Shown here: positions 13,901-27,393 of the stretch, in pieces
Numbering within the stretch: position 1 is the first letter of the stretch
Layout of the letters: each line of letters begins with the position of its first letter
DNA from: Laetmonice hystrix
Lineage: Eukaryota
Reading direction: 5' to 3'
Length of the DNA stretch: 64,000 nucleotides
Assembly: GCA_965235115.1 (NCBI GenBank)
Contig: OZ249436.1
Location: 558,001 to 622,000, forward strand
Translations under genes and position numbers: made by a program
The notes under the pieces: model-generated
The model's input: the letters and a program-made list of their open reading frames with translations, nothing else
Databases searched by the model: none
What the model was told of the DNA's origin: nothing

Positions 13901-14288
13901 GAGGATACCTAACTCCTCACGGTCGCCAATAAGTTTGACCTTAGATCAGGTTTACAGAAGAAAAGAACTTTAAAAAAAATCAGTTTAAGTCATCCAGTAT
14001 GGTTCGGTTGAAAGGCACGGCGGAGTCCTTCCCATGTTGTCAGGGTTTGATTAATAGTAGTCGTGACTGCTCTTTCTGTTTTCGAGACAGACACGCAAAG
14101 GGAATGTGAGAAGTTACCATAGCCGACATTCCCCCAGAGAGATTATGCACATATAGATCTTGTTTGACATAAATACTTGAACGCAGAGAACAGCACTGGG
14201 GTAGTCCAACAGCGAAGGTATAATCTCAGTTACAGGTATTAGTCATGGCTGTGGAAATATATAACGGTAGTAGATGTATATATCTACT

Positions 14289-14525
14289 GGTATCCAGACA
14301 TAATGTCCCATGACATTTTGTCCCGTGACATTGTGTCCCGTGATATTGTGTCCCGTGACATTGTGTCCCGTGACATTGTGTCCCGTGACATTGTGTCCCG
14401 TGACATTGCGTCCCGTGACATTGCGTCTCGTGACATTGCGTCCCGTGACATTGCGTCCCGTGACATTGTGTCCCATGACATTGTCTCCCGTGACATTGTG
14501 TCCCGTGACATTGTGTCCGGCATTC
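14289..14525. mobile_element. Small non-autonomous MULE/Foldback-like element filled with a 15-bp tandem repeat
   Basis: Perfect 9-bp direct repeat ATATCTACT at 14280-14288 and 14526-14534; imperfect inverted ends GGTATCCAGACA / TGTCCGGCATTC; interior is (TGACATTGTGTCCCG)n. A 9-bp TSD is typical of the Mutator superfamily. Confidence 0.7.
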
Positions 14526-14728
14526 ATATCTACTAGCACTCGGTATCTTTTAAAACAAAACAGATCTCAAACAAACGTTCTGTTGTTAGTAAATGGTCTC
14601 CTCGTCAATGTGGCCCGTGGTAGATGTGGTTGGTATGTAGCACGTTATAAGTACAAATGTAACGAAGATAAACTGCTTTAAACAACTCAGAAACCCCACG
14701 GGAGGAATATGGGGACAACGACAAAGAC

Positions 14729-17032
14729 GATGGGGGATTTATCCCTTCACTGTGTTAGAGATGGGGGATTTATCCCTTCACTGTGTTAGAGATGGGGGAT
14801 TTATCCCCTCACTGTGTTAGAGATGGGGGATTTATCCCCTCACTGTGTTAGAGATGGGGGATTTATCCCCTCACTGTGTTAGAGATGGGGGAGGGGGGAT
14901 TTATCCCCTCACTGTGTTAGAGATGGGGGATTTATCCCCTCACTGTGTTAGAGATGGGGGATTTATCCCTTCACTGTGTTAGAGATGGGGGATTTATCCC
15001 CTCACTGTGTTAGAGATGGGGGATTTATCCTCTCACTGTGTTAGAGATGGGGGATTTATCCCTTCACTGTGTTAGAGATGGGGGATTTATCCCCTCACTG
15101 TGTTAGAGATGGGGGATTTATCCCCTCACTGTGTTAGAGATGGGGGATTTATCCCCTCACTGTGTTAGAGATGGGGGATTTATCCCCTCACTGTGTTAGA
15201 GATGGGGGATTTATCCCCTCACTGTGTTAGAGATGGGGGATTTATCCCCTCACTGTGTTAGAGATGGGGGATTTATCCCCTCACTGTGTTAGAGATGGGG
15301 GATTTATCCCCTCACTGTGTTAGAGATGGGGGAGGGGGGGATTTATTCCTTCACTGTGTTAGAGATGGGGGATTTATCCCCTCACTGTGTTAGAGATGGG
15401 GGATTTATCCCCTGACTGTGTTAGAGATGGGGGATTTATCCTCTCACTGTGTTAGAGATGGGGGAGGGGGGATTTATCCCCTCACTGTGTTAGAGATGGG
15501 GGAGGGGGGGATTTATTCCTTCACTGTGTTAGAGATGGGGGATTTATCCCCTCACTGTGTTAGAGATGGGGGATTTATCCCCTCACTGTGTTAGAGATGG
15601 GGGATTTATCCCCTCACTGTGTTAGAGATGGGGGAGGGGGGGATTTATTCCTTCACTGTGTTAGAGATGGGGGAGGGGGGGATTTATTCCTTCACTGTGT
15701 TAGAGATGGGGGATTTATCCCCTCACTGTGTTAGAGATGGGGGATTTATCCCCTCACTGTGTTAGAGATGGGGGATTTATCCCCTCACTGTGTTAGAGAT
15801 GGGGGATTTATCCCCTCACTGTGTTAGAGATGGGGGAGGGGGGATTTATCCCTTCACTGTGTTAGAGATGGGGGAGGGGGGGATTTATTCCTTCACTGTG
15901 TTAGAGATGGGGGATTTATCCCCTCACTGTGTTAGAGATGGGGGATTTATCCCCTCACTGTGTTAGAGATGGGGGATTTATCCCCTCACTGTGTTAGAGA
16001 TGGGGGATTTATCCCCTCACTGTGTTAGAGATGGGGGATTTATCCCCTCACTGTGTTAGAGATGGGGGAGGGGGATTTATCCCCTCACTGTGTTAGAGAT
16101 GGGGGATTTATCCCCTCACTGTGTTAGAGATGGGGGATTTATCCCCTCACTGTGTTAGAGATGGGGGATTTATCCCCTAACTGTGTTAGAGATGGGGGAT
16201 TTATCCCCTCACTGTGTTAGAGATGGGGGATTTATCCCTTCACTGTGTTAGAGATGGGGGATTTATCCCTTCACTGTGTTAGAGATGGGGGATTTATCCC
16301 CTCACTGTGTTAGAGATGGGGGATTTATCCCCTCACTGTGTTAGATATGGGGGATTTATCCCTTCACTGTGTTAGAGATGGGGGATTTATCCCCTCACTG
16401 TGTTAGAGATGGGGGATTTATCCCCTGACTGTGTTAGAGATGGGGGATTTATCCTCTCACTGTGTTAGAGATGGGGGAGGGGGGATTTATCCCCTCACTG
16501 TGTTAGAGATGGGGGAGGGGGGATTTATCCCCTCACTGTGTTAGAGATGGGGGATTTATCCCCTCACTGTGTTAGAGATGGGGGATTTATCCCCTCACTG
16601 TGTTAGAGATGGGGGATTTATCCCCTCACTGTGTTAGAGATGGGGGATTTATCCCCTCACTGTGTTAGAGATGGGGGAGGGGGGATTTATCCCCTCACTG
16701 TGTTAGAGATGGGGGATTTATCCCCTCACTGTGTTAGAGATGGGGGATTTATCCCCTCACTGTGTTAGAGATGGGGGAGGGGGGATTTATCCCCTCACTG
16801 TGTTAGAGATGGGGGATTTATCCCCTCACTGTGTTAGAGATGGGGGATTTATCCCTTCACTGTGTTAGAGATGGGGGATTTATCCCTTCACTGTGTTAGA
16901 GATGGGGGATTTATCCCCTCACTGTGTTAGAGATGGGGGATTTATCCCCTCACTGTGTTAGAGATGGGAGATGGGGGATTTATCCCTTCACTGTGTCAGA
17001 GATGGGGGATTTATCCCCTCACTGTGTTAGAG
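14729..17032. repeat. 31-bp minisatellite with internal hairpin
   Basis: Unit GATGGGGGATTTATCCCCTCACTGTGTTAGA (GGGGAT-TT-ATCCCC stem); variants carry an extra G-run. Confidence 0.99.
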
Positions 17033-17221
17033 TGAAGGTAATTACGCTCTATCCAAACGTTCATGTACAATTACAATACAATCGAGATCCTTTGATAATC
17101 AATTCTTGTAATCAACGCGATAGTCATCAGTAAAAAAAACAACGATCTTGAAGATCTTTTGTAAAGTCCAAATGTAGGACAACCGTGCCTCGTGCTACAA
17201 GGAATGTGTATGAATGTGATT

Positions 17222-17668
17222 GCGGGGAGGAATCTCTCACTGAACGTGACAGTGTGCGGAGTGTTGGGGAGTGAAGAGCGGGGAGGAGGGAGACAGTGTG
17301 CGGAATGTCGGGGAGTGAAGAGCGGGGAGGAATCTCTCACTGAACGTGACAGTGTGCGGAGTGTTGGGGAGTGAAGAGCGGGGAGGAATCTCTCACTGAA
17401 CGTGACAGTGTGCGGAGTGTTGGGGAGTAAAGAGCGGGGAGGAGGGAGACAGTGTGCGGAGTGTTGGCGAGTGAAGAGTGGGGAGGAATCTCTCACTGAA
17501 CGTGACAGTGTGCGGAGTGTTGGCGAGTGAAGAGCGGGGAGGAATCTCTCACTGAACGTGACAGTGTGCGGAGTGTTGGGGAGTGAAGAGCGGGGAGGAA
17601 TCTCTCACTAAACGTGACAGTGTGCGGAGTGTTGGGGAGTAAAGAGCGGGGAGGAGGGAGACAGTGTG
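17222..17668. repeat. ~56-bp minisatellite with shorter variant units
   Basis: Unit GCGGGGAGGAATCTCTCACTGAACGTGACAGTGTGCGGAGTGTTGGGGAGTGAAGA. Confidence 0.97.
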
Positions 17669-17796
17669 CCAGCCGAGGTCGAGGGCCCGTTCTTCAAAGA
17701 AGCATATTCCCGCAAGGAATGCACATTTATGTGAATTGTCTTGGAGGGGCTTGATGTATTGTCTTTAAGATCTCGATCTCGTGATCGGCTCCCTGT

Positions 17797-17811
17797 GGCT
17801 CCCTCTGGTGG
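17797..17811 (-). promoter_or_regulatory. CTCF-like motif
   Basis: Reverse complement reads CCACCAGAGGGAGCC, close to the CTCF core CCASYAGRKGGCRS; motif match only. Confidence 0.4.
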
Positions 17812-17882
17812 TGTCATTATTCTTATGATGGATCAATGCTGGCCGTGGCCGCCAGACAGTTTCGGTTTCTCTGTCAGATTGT

Positions 17883-20028
17883 GGTAACCAACTGTGGCTG
17901 ACCTGCTGGTAACTAACTGTGGCTGACCTGCTGGTAACCAACTGTGGCTGACCTGCTGGTAACTGACTGTGGCTAACCTGCTGGTAACAACCAACTGTGG
18001 CTGACCTGCTGGTAACCGACTGTGGCTGACCTGCTGGTAACAACCAACTGAGGCTGACCTGCTGGTAACTGACTGTGGCTGACCTGCTGGTAACAACCAA
18101 CTGTGGCTGACCTGCTGGTAACCGACTGTGGCTGACCTGCTGGTAACAACCAACTGTGGCTGACCTGCTGGTAACTGACTGTGGCTGACCTGCTGGTAAC
18201 AACCAACTGTGGCTGACCTGCTGGTAACCGACTGTGGCCGACCTGCTGGTAACAACCAACTGTGGCTGACCTGCTGGTAACAACCAACTGTGGCCGACCT
18301 GTTGGTAACCGACTGTGGCCGACCTGCTGGTAACAACCAACTGAGGCTGACCTGCTGGTAACAACCAACTGTGGCCGACCTGTTGGTAACAACCAACTGA
18401 GGCTGACCTGTAGGTAACCGACTGTGGCCGACCTGCTGGTAACAACCAACTGAGGCTGACCTGCTGGTAACAACCAACTGAGGCTGACCTGCTGGTAACC
18501 GACTGTGGCTGACCTGCTGGTAACAACCAACTGTGGCTGACCTGCTGGTAACTGACTGTGGCTGACCTGCTGGTAACCAACTGTGTCTGACCTGCTGGTA
18601 ACCGACTGTGGCTGACCTGCTGGTAACTGACTGTGTCTGACCTGCTGGTAACTGACTGTGTCTGACCTGCTGGTAACCAACTGTGGCTGACCTGCTGGTA
18701 ACCGACTGTGGCTGACCTGCTGGTAACCGACTGTGGCTGACCTGCTGGTAACCAACTGTGGCTGACCTGCTGGTAACCAACTGTGGCTGACCTGCTGGTA
18801 ACCAACTGTGTCTGACCTGCTGGTAACTGACTGTGTCTGACCTGCTGGTAACCAACTGTGGCTGACCTGCTGGTAACCGACTGTGGCTGACCTGCTGGTA
18901 ACAACCAACTGAGGCTGACCTGCTGGTAACAACCGACTGTGGCTGACCTGCTGGTAACCAACTGTGGCTGACCTGCTGGTAACAACCAACTGAGGCTGAC
19001 CTGCTGGTAACCGACTGTGTCTGACCTGCTGGTAACCAACTGTGGCTGACCTGCTGGTAACCGACTGTGGCTGACCTGCTGGTAACAACCAACTGTGGCT
19101 GACCTGCTGGTAACCGACTGTGGCTGACCTGCTGGTAACCGACTGTGGCTGACCTGCTGGTAACCGACTGTGGCTGACCTGCTGGTAACAACCAACTGAG
19201 GCTGACCTGCTGGTAACCGACTGTGGCTGACCTGCTGGTAACAACCAACTGTGGCTGACCTGCTGGTAACCAACTGTGGCTGACCTGCTGGTAACAACCA
19301 ACTGTGGCTGACCTGCTGGTAACCGACTGTGGCTGACCTGCTGGTAACAACCAACTGTGGCTGACCTGCTGGTAACAACCAACTGTGGCTGACCTGCTGG
19401 TAACAACCAACTGTGGCTGACCTGCTGGTAACCGACTGTGGCTGACCTGCTGGTAACAACCAACTGTGGCTGACCTGCTGGTAACCAACTGTGGCTGACC
19501 TGCTGGTAACAACCAACTGTGGCTGACCTGCTGGTAACCGACTGTGGCTGACCTGCTGGTAACAACCAACTGTGGCTGACCTGCTGGTAACAACCAACTG
19601 TGGCTGACCTGCTGGTAACAACCAACTGTGGCTGACCTGCTGGTAACAACCAACTGTGGCTGACCTGCTGGTAACCAACTGAGGCTGACCTGCTGGTAAC
19701 CGACTGTGGCTGACCTGCTGGTAACCAACTGTGGCTGACCTGCTGGTAACCAACTGAGGCTGACCTGCTGGTAACTGACTGCGGCTGACCTGCTGGTAAC
19801 TGACTGTGGCTGACCTGCTGGTAACCGACTGTGGCTGACCTGCTGGTAACCAACTGTGGCTGACCTGCTGGTAACCGACTGTGGCTGACCTGCTGGTAAC
19901 AACCAACTGAGGCTGACCTGCTGGTAACCGACTGTGGCTGACCTGCTGGTAACAACCAACTGAGGCTGACCTGCTGGTAACCAACTGAGGCTGACCTGCT
20001 GGTAACTGACTGTGGCTGACCTGCTGGT
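17883..20028. repeat. 25/28-bp minisatellite
   Basis: Unit GGTAAC(AAC)CAACTGTGGCTGACCTGCT; accounts for the minus-strand ORFs at 17765-20062. Confidence 0.99.
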
Positions 20029-20144
20029 GCGGCAGGAGAAGGAACCGCCTCCGTCCCTTCATCCAGCGACAGACTACGGTTTATAACTTTAGAAGGTCAC
20101 TGAGCCAGGGTTGTTCCCGTCAATCACATTATATAAAGACCAAA

Positions 20145-21298
20145 TTGTAGCACCCCACGCATGGTTCGATAGGTAGACATACTACTTGTAGCACCCCACG
20201 CATGGTTCGATAGGTAGACATACTACTTGTAGCACCCCACGCATGGTTCGATAGGTAGACATACTACTTGTAGCACCCCACGCATGGTTCGATAGGTAGA
20301 CATACTACTTGTAGCACCCCACGCATGGTTTGATAGGTAGACATACTACTTGTAGCACCCCACGCATGGTTCGATAGGTAGACATACTACTTGTAGCACC
20401 CCACGCATGGTTCGATAGGTAGACATACTACTTGTAGCACCCCACGCATGGTTCGATAGGTAGATATACTACTTGTAGCACCCCACGCATGGTTCGATAG
20501 GTAGACATACTACTTGTAGCACCCCACGCATGGTTCGATAGGTAGACATACTACTTGTAGCACCCCACGCATGGTTCGATAGGTAGACATACTACTTGTA
20601 GCACCCCACGCATGGTTCGATAGGTAGACATACTACTTGTAGCACCCCACGCATGGTTCGATAGGTAGACATACTACTTGTAGCACCCCACGCATGGTTC
20701 GATAGGTAGACATACTACTTGTAGCACCCCACGCATGGTTCGATAGGTAGACATACTACTTGTAGCACCCCACGCATGGATCGATAGGTAGACATACTAC
20801 TTGTAGCACCCCACGCATGGTTCGATAGGTAGACATACTACTTGTAGCACCCCACGCATGGATCGATAGGTAGACATACTACTTGTAGCACCCCACGCAT
20901 GGATCGATAGGTAGACATACTACTTGTAGCACCCCACGCATGGTTCGATAGGTAGACATACTACTTGTAGCACCCCACGCATGGTTCGATAGGTAGACAT
21001 ACTACTTGTAGCACCCCACGCATGGTTCGATAGGTAGACATACTACTTGTAGCACCCCACGCATGGTTCGATAGGGAGATATACTACTTGTAGCACCCCA
21101 CGCATGGTTCGATAGGTAGACATACTACTTGTAGCACCCCACGCATGGTTCGATAGGTAGACATACTACTTGTAGCACCCCACGCATGGTTCGATAGGTA
21201 GACATACTACTTGTAGCACCCCACGCATGGTTCGATAGGTAGACATACTACTTGTAGCACCCCACGCATGGTTCGATAGGTAGACATACTACTTGTAG
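20145..21298. repeat. 41-bp minisatellite, ~28 near-identical copies
   Basis: Unit TTGTAGCACCCCACGCATGGTTCGATAGGTAGACATACTAC; array begins and ends in TTGTAG. Confidence 0.99.
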
Positions 21299-21857
21299 TC
21301 ACCAGAAACTGGCCCCACTGCTTTGATTTCAGACGACAAAGTACTAACAGACAGACTCACTCTAACATTAGCCGTGCGTGTGTCACGCATATCTCAGCAT
21401 CTTCATACGTGAGCAGGAACAAATATAAACTACCAGAGAAGACATCAGTATTACATACATGATCTGGTTCCATAAAGTCGCTAATATTTCATGGGTACAA
21501 ATGGGGACTTTACTCATCTTGTATTTAGATCAACACTCAAATGTTGCTAAACGTCTCAAACACGAGCGTATTTATGAGGCAGCACCGGGATATGCTCCCC
21601 TTCCGGTTTTAAATGTAATGTATACGGTCATGATCCCTCCTTCAAAATCTTTGCCCCATTACGGATTTTCTCTATACGAGAACTGTCTTGTGAAGACTGC
21701 ACAAGCTTGGCCGCTGATAGCTGTGCTGGCCAGACCAGGCATCGGTCGTTAATGATCAGAACGGTTGGCATTCAGCATCCGGCTGGGACTATGTCATCGC
21801 TGCAAACGTTCATCTCTTCACCACCGAACATTCACCACTCGCAAATACCGCTTTGAG

Positions 21858-21937
21858 GAAATTGCACGCTTAATCTTGCTCCTAGAAGGTTTCCCAGAAA
21901 TTGCACGTGTAATCTTGCTCCTAGAAGGTATCCCAGA
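21858..21937. repeat. 39-bp tandem duplication (2 copies)
   Basis: GAAATTGCACGYKTAATCTTGCTCCTAGAAGGTWTCCCA occurs twice. Confidence 0.9.
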
Positions 21938-22423
21938 CGTGCCTTTAACACGAGTCCTGTGCAAACGCACGCGGCGCACACGGACGAGTGGTACGCCGAC
22001 AGGTGTACGCCAGGAGGAGGTAATCTACCGTCTGTGTCAACACCTCGCGAGCCGTGCATGCCATTAATGTCCGCGCAGAATGTTTGCTCTGCTGGCTTAA
22101 GTAGTTGAAATAATCTTTTGAAGACAGAGATAAAGATTGATACTTTGCCTCGAAAACGAATCGGATATGTCATTGTGCAGTGTGGAGAAACAGAGCGTGT
22201 GTGTTCAATGGGGGGAATTTACCAAAGGAACGGAGTGAAAGAGAACCAATTTTTTGTTTCGGGGAAGATGTGGGTCTGAAAATAATATGCCACAGATCTG
22301 TGTGAGTTATAATGTTATGGTGACAATTAGGATTCTAGCAACCATTCTCTCTTATGGCGGCAATCGTGACTGATTTGCAATATAATTGTCCGCGTTGTCT
22401 GTCGAGAGAGCGAGAACGGGAGC

Positions 22424-22434
22424 GATAGAGAGAG

Positions 22435-22474
<40 letters not shown>

Positions 22475-22497
22475 AGAGAATGAGAGAGAGAGAGAGA

Positions 22498-22537
<40 letters not shown>

Positions 22538-22629
22538 ATGAGAGAGAGAGAGAGAGGGAGAGAGAGAATGAGAGAGAGGGAGGGAGAGAGAGAGAGAGAG
22601 TGAGAGAGAGAGAGAGGGAGAGAGAGAAT

Positions 22630-22704
<75 letters not shown>

Positions 22705-22705
22705 C

Positions 22706-22778
<73 letters not shown>

Positions 22779-22780
22779 GA
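22424..22780. repeat. (GA)n imperfect microsatellite
   Basis: GA dinucleotide run with GGGA/AATG interruptions. Confidence 0.99.
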
Positions 22781-23169
22781 GTTTTCCGAACAGGATAGGT
22801 TATGGTTAACTCCAATCAAACAATAGCATTTAATATATTTATATTGTCCTCAGTGGATCGATATATCAACAGACGACGGGCAGGAGGAGAACTTTGAAAT
22901 ACAGCAGTAGTGTTCTAAAATGATCTCAAGAGGTTTCCTAATTACACAGTGGGAATCAATATATTCATAGTTTATACCTCAATATCTCCCGCGTTTTCTT
23001 CCACAGACATTCACCAATCTTTGAATGTGAACATATAAATCCGGTCAGTGAATATGTATAATGGTAGAAATCGATACACAGTGCCCCAGTAGGACTACGG
23101 AACCCAAACTAACAAGATATCTAGTCATCTGTGTGTTTCCATTGTTTGATATACCGAGTCCTGGGATGA

Positions 23170-24390
23170 CTCGTGTATATTGACTACACGTACACGATAC
23201 TTCCATCTTACAAAGGCATCTTTTCCTTGATTCTATGCCCAACCATGCCGAACAAGTATAGACCAACTTCTCGTGTATATTGACTACACGATACTTCCAT
23301 CTTACAAAGGCATCTTTTCCTTGATTCTATGCCCAACCATGCCGAACAAGTATAGACCAACTTCTCGTGTATATTGACTACACGATACTTCCATCTTACA
23401 AAGGCATCTTTTCCTTGATTCTATGCCCAACCATGCCGAACAAGTATAGACCAACTTCTCGTGTATATTGACTACACGATACTTCCATCTTACAAAGGCA
23501 TCTTCTCCTTGATTCTATGCCCAACCATGCCGAACAAGTAGGCCAACTTCTCGTGTATATTGACTACACGATACTTCGATCTTACAAAGGCATCTTTTCC
23601 TTGATTCTATGCCCAACCATGCCGAACAAGTAGGCCAACTTCTTGTCTACATTGACTACACGATACTTCCATCTTACAAAGGCATCTTCTCCTTGATTCT
23701 ATGCCCAACCATGCCGAACAAGTAGGCCAACTTCTCGTGTATATTGACTACACGATACTTCGATCTTACAAAGGCATCTTTTCCTTGATTCTATGCCCAA
23801 CCATGCCGAACAAGTAGGCCAACTTCTCGTGTATATTGACTACACGATACTTCCATCTTACAAAGGCATCTTTTCCTTGATTCTATGCCCAACCATGCCG
23901 AACAAGTAGGCCAACTTCTGGTGTATATTGACTACACGATACTGCCATCTTACAAAGGCATCTTTTCCTTGATTCTATGCCCAACCATGCCGAACAAGTA
24001 GGCCAACTTCTCGTGTATATTGACTACACCATACTGCCATCTTACAAAGGCATCTTTTCCTTGATTCTATGCCCAACCATGCCGAACAAGTAGGCCAACT
24101 TCTCGTGTATATTGATTACACCATACTTCCATCTTACAAAGGCATCTTTTCCTTGATTCTATGCCCAACCATGCCGAACAAGTAGGCCAACTTCTCGTGT
24201 ATATTGACTACACGATACTGCCATCTTACAAAGGCATCTTTTCCTTGATTCTATGCCCAACCATGCCGAACAAGTAGGCCAACTTCTTGTCTACATTGAC
24301 TACACGATACTTCCATCTTACAAAGGCATCTTCTCCTTGATTCTATGCCCAACCATGCCGAACAAGTATAGGCCAACTTCTTGTCTATAT
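23170..24390. repeat. 92/94-bp tandem repeat, ~13 copies
   Basis: Unit CTCGTGTATATTGACTACACGATACTTCCATCTTACAAAGGCATC...CCGAACAAGTA(TA)GGCCAACTT; TCGTGTA/TACACGA stem in most units. Confidence 0.98.
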
Positions 24391-24654
24391 TTCTCCTTTA
24401 ATCCCTAATGTAGCTTGCAGATGCAGTGAAGCAGACAGTGTAATACTACTTTGTAATACTACCTTGGATATGTCTGTTATATAGTTTGATCTCTTAGATG
24501 TTTATGGCCTGCCTTGCGAAGAATGGCCAGATTTTGAGGGTAGGCTAATATATAGATCTATATAGGCCTACTCTTGTGATAAATACGGGGCATATATCGT
24601 CATTCACTGGCGAGCTTCAAATCCATCAGATTCCCGTTAATCAGGTCTGTCCCT

Positions 24655-25258
24655 AAACATATAATCTCTGGGTTATTGCCGACCTGAAGATTAACCTACA
24701 ACATATCACATATCACATATAACATATCACATATCACATATCACATATAACCCCTGGGTTATTGCCGACCTGGCGATTAACCTATAACATATCACGTATC
24801 ACATATCACATATAATCCCTGGGTTATTGCCGACCTGACGATTAACCTATAACATATCACATATCACATATCACATATCACATATCACATATCACGTATC
24901 ACATATCACATATCACATATAATCCCTGGGTTATTGCCGACCTGAAGATTAACCTATAACATATCACATATCACATATCACATATCACATATCACATATC
25001 ACATATAACATATAACATATCACATATCACATATAATCCCTGGGTTATTGCCGACCTGAAGATTTACCTATAACATATCACATATCACATATCACATATC
25101 ACATATCACGTATCACATATCACCTATAACCCCTTGGTTATTGCCGACTTGAAGATTAACCTATAACCTATCACATATCACATAATCACATATAACATAT
25201 CACATATAACATATCACATATAACCCATGGGTTATTGCCGACCTGAAGATTAACCTAT
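24655..25258. repeat. Compound repeat: ~40-bp core x7 separated by variable (ATATCAC)n tracts
   Basis: Core AATCCCTGGGTTATTGCCGACCTGAAGATTAACCTATAAC alternates with 7-bp microsatellite runs of differing length. Confidence 0.96.
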
Positions 25259-25434
25259 TTAATTACAAAAGACGGTGATGGTCGTATTCCCTGTGTCGGT
25301 GACAGCTATTGCAATACAGAACGGATAGTATACAAACCAACATGTAGGATGAGGGAGTTATTTATACACCGTAAATATCATAGACTACCAGTTTCATTCC
25401 CTGAACACTTGGCGAGAGTAAATGGATCCCCATG

Positions 25435-25806
25435 ACACCCAGTCACTGAACACTTCACTGTCTGTTAAACTGTGCGGGCTGAGTTCACGATAACACCCAG
25501 TCACTGAACACTTCACTGTCTGTTAAACTGTGCGGGCTGAGTTCACGATAACACCCAGTCACTGAACACTTCACTGTCTGTTAAACTGTGCGGGCTGAGT
25601 TCACGATAACACCCAGTCACTGAACACTTCACTGTCTGTTAAACTGTGCGGGCTGAGTTCACGATAACACCCAGTCACTGAACACTTCACTGTCTGTTAA
25701 ACTGTGCGGGCTGAGTTCACGATAACACCCAGTCACTGAACACTTCACTGTCTGTTAAACTGTGCGGGCTGAGTTCACGATAACACCCAGTCACTGACCA
25801 CTTCAC
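25435..25806. repeat. 58-bp tandem repeat, ~6 identical copies
   Basis: Unit ACACCCAGTCACTGAACACTTCACTGTCTGTTAAACTGTGCGGGCTGAGTTCACGATA. Confidence 0.98.
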
Positions 25807-27286
25807 ACTCTGTGCCGACTGAGCGGTAGGGTATTATACCGACCAAGTGCTGGCCCTAACGATGGTCACTAATTTGACATGCGGGCCAATAGGGACAATA
25901 GAGAGGTCTCTGGACACTCGTCAGAGGGGAGAGTGAGATGGGGTGAGGAGACCACTAAAGATGAATATATATGTTTTCTGATCCTCAAACGTACAGGCTG
26001 CGTCTGTATATTTTCGTTATGTTCGTCGTTCTAGATGTCATCGTAAAGTCCTATAACACGTAGTTTTGTTGGCTTGTGGTGTTCGACCTGATACATTCAT
26101 TATACCCGTTATAATGATTTACATTGACCTTTCTTTGACCTTGAAGACGATGGTCAGGTTCTGAACTACAGAATTATAATAAGTGGGGGCCTAGTTATTT
26201 CTTAACAATTGATAAGGCCATAATTACCCAATCTGAAAATTTTAGTTCATGCATTAAGTCGCCATACGGAAATACATGGGGAATTTAACGAACGGAATTC
26301 ATGGAACTGTCGCAAGCACATTGGTAAGGGGCTGCGGGAGGGGCATTCCTTAACCTGCCAATATACTTCTTGCCGGCGTCAATTAGGCATTGATGGGTTG
26401 TGTGTGGGCCATCATTCCTACCCTTAACGGCCTTCGCCCGGGGACGGCCTGGCTTGTTGCCGGCCGGGCTATTACTGCTTTTCTTCCGGCACTACAAAAT
26501 TTCCGTCGGAATGACGAAATTCAATGTATTTGAGCAGGGCATCGGGCGAGACGTTCGGGGGAATATAAAGTGTCAATCCATCGATTGCGACCTTGGCGAC
26601 GTGAATACTGATGGCCTGGCGGGGGGGGGGGGGGGGATTCAACCACGCCAGGGAGGCGTGTTGGCGGGAGGATCAACATCCGGTAGACAGCCCTGACCCC
26701 GTGTATATAAACGTTGATATCACCAGGCGGCTGTCTGGGTTACCAAAGGTTTCAAGTGAAGCTGAAGGAAAGTCCAAAACAAATTGTTTTTCTTTAACTT
26801 CACTTGACTGAGAACGTTTTCTGTATCATTCTCGGGCGAGCCGCCAGTGGCATATCACGACGGTAAATATTGGCAAATGTTGAGAAATGCTAAACGATTT
26901 GCGACATCGGGAGAATTAATCCGAACAATTACAAGTTACGGCCGCGTGACAGCTTTCCGTTCAATATTAATGTGGTTCGATTATTGATGGGCTACAGATG
27001 GCATATCTAAATAAAGTCAAGCCGACCATCATGTTTTTATCCGCTATTTTGTCGTCTTCTTGAAAGTTTGATGTGGTCTGCGAGACTGGTTGTCTGCTGG
27101 CTGTCTGCTGGCTGGTTATAAATGACAGGGTAACATCTCTGTCCGTAACTCGCTTCCTGAAATCATATCGACAGCAAGGTCGTCCAAAGTCAAACTCTCC
27201 CTCATATACTTCTATTACCACGTTCTTTCTCACAGTAAATCCCCGCTTTTCCTTAGAAAGTTGTAGGCCGACAGCTGTCTATTATA

Positions 27287-27370
27287 TGGTTAGGGTTAGG
27301 GTTAGGGTTAGGGTTATTATACCGGTTAGGGTTAGGGTTAGGGTTATTATAGCGGTTAGGGTTAGGGTTA
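27287..27370 (+). repeat. Interstitial telomere-type (TTAGGG)n blocks
   Basis: Three short GGTTAG runs separated by TTATTATACC/TTATTATAGC. Confidence 0.93.
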
Positions 27371-27393
27371 TTATACCGGTGGGGTTGGTACAA

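Noticed and set aside
24655..25258. CRISPR-like repeat-spacer appearance (also the 28-mer, 87-mer and G-rich arrays with variable segments)
   Set aside because: Spacers are microsatellite or point variants of each other rather than unique sequences; no cas genes; eukaryotic context.
27287..27370. True chromosome end
   Set aside because: The TTAGGG runs are short, interrupted and internal to the window.
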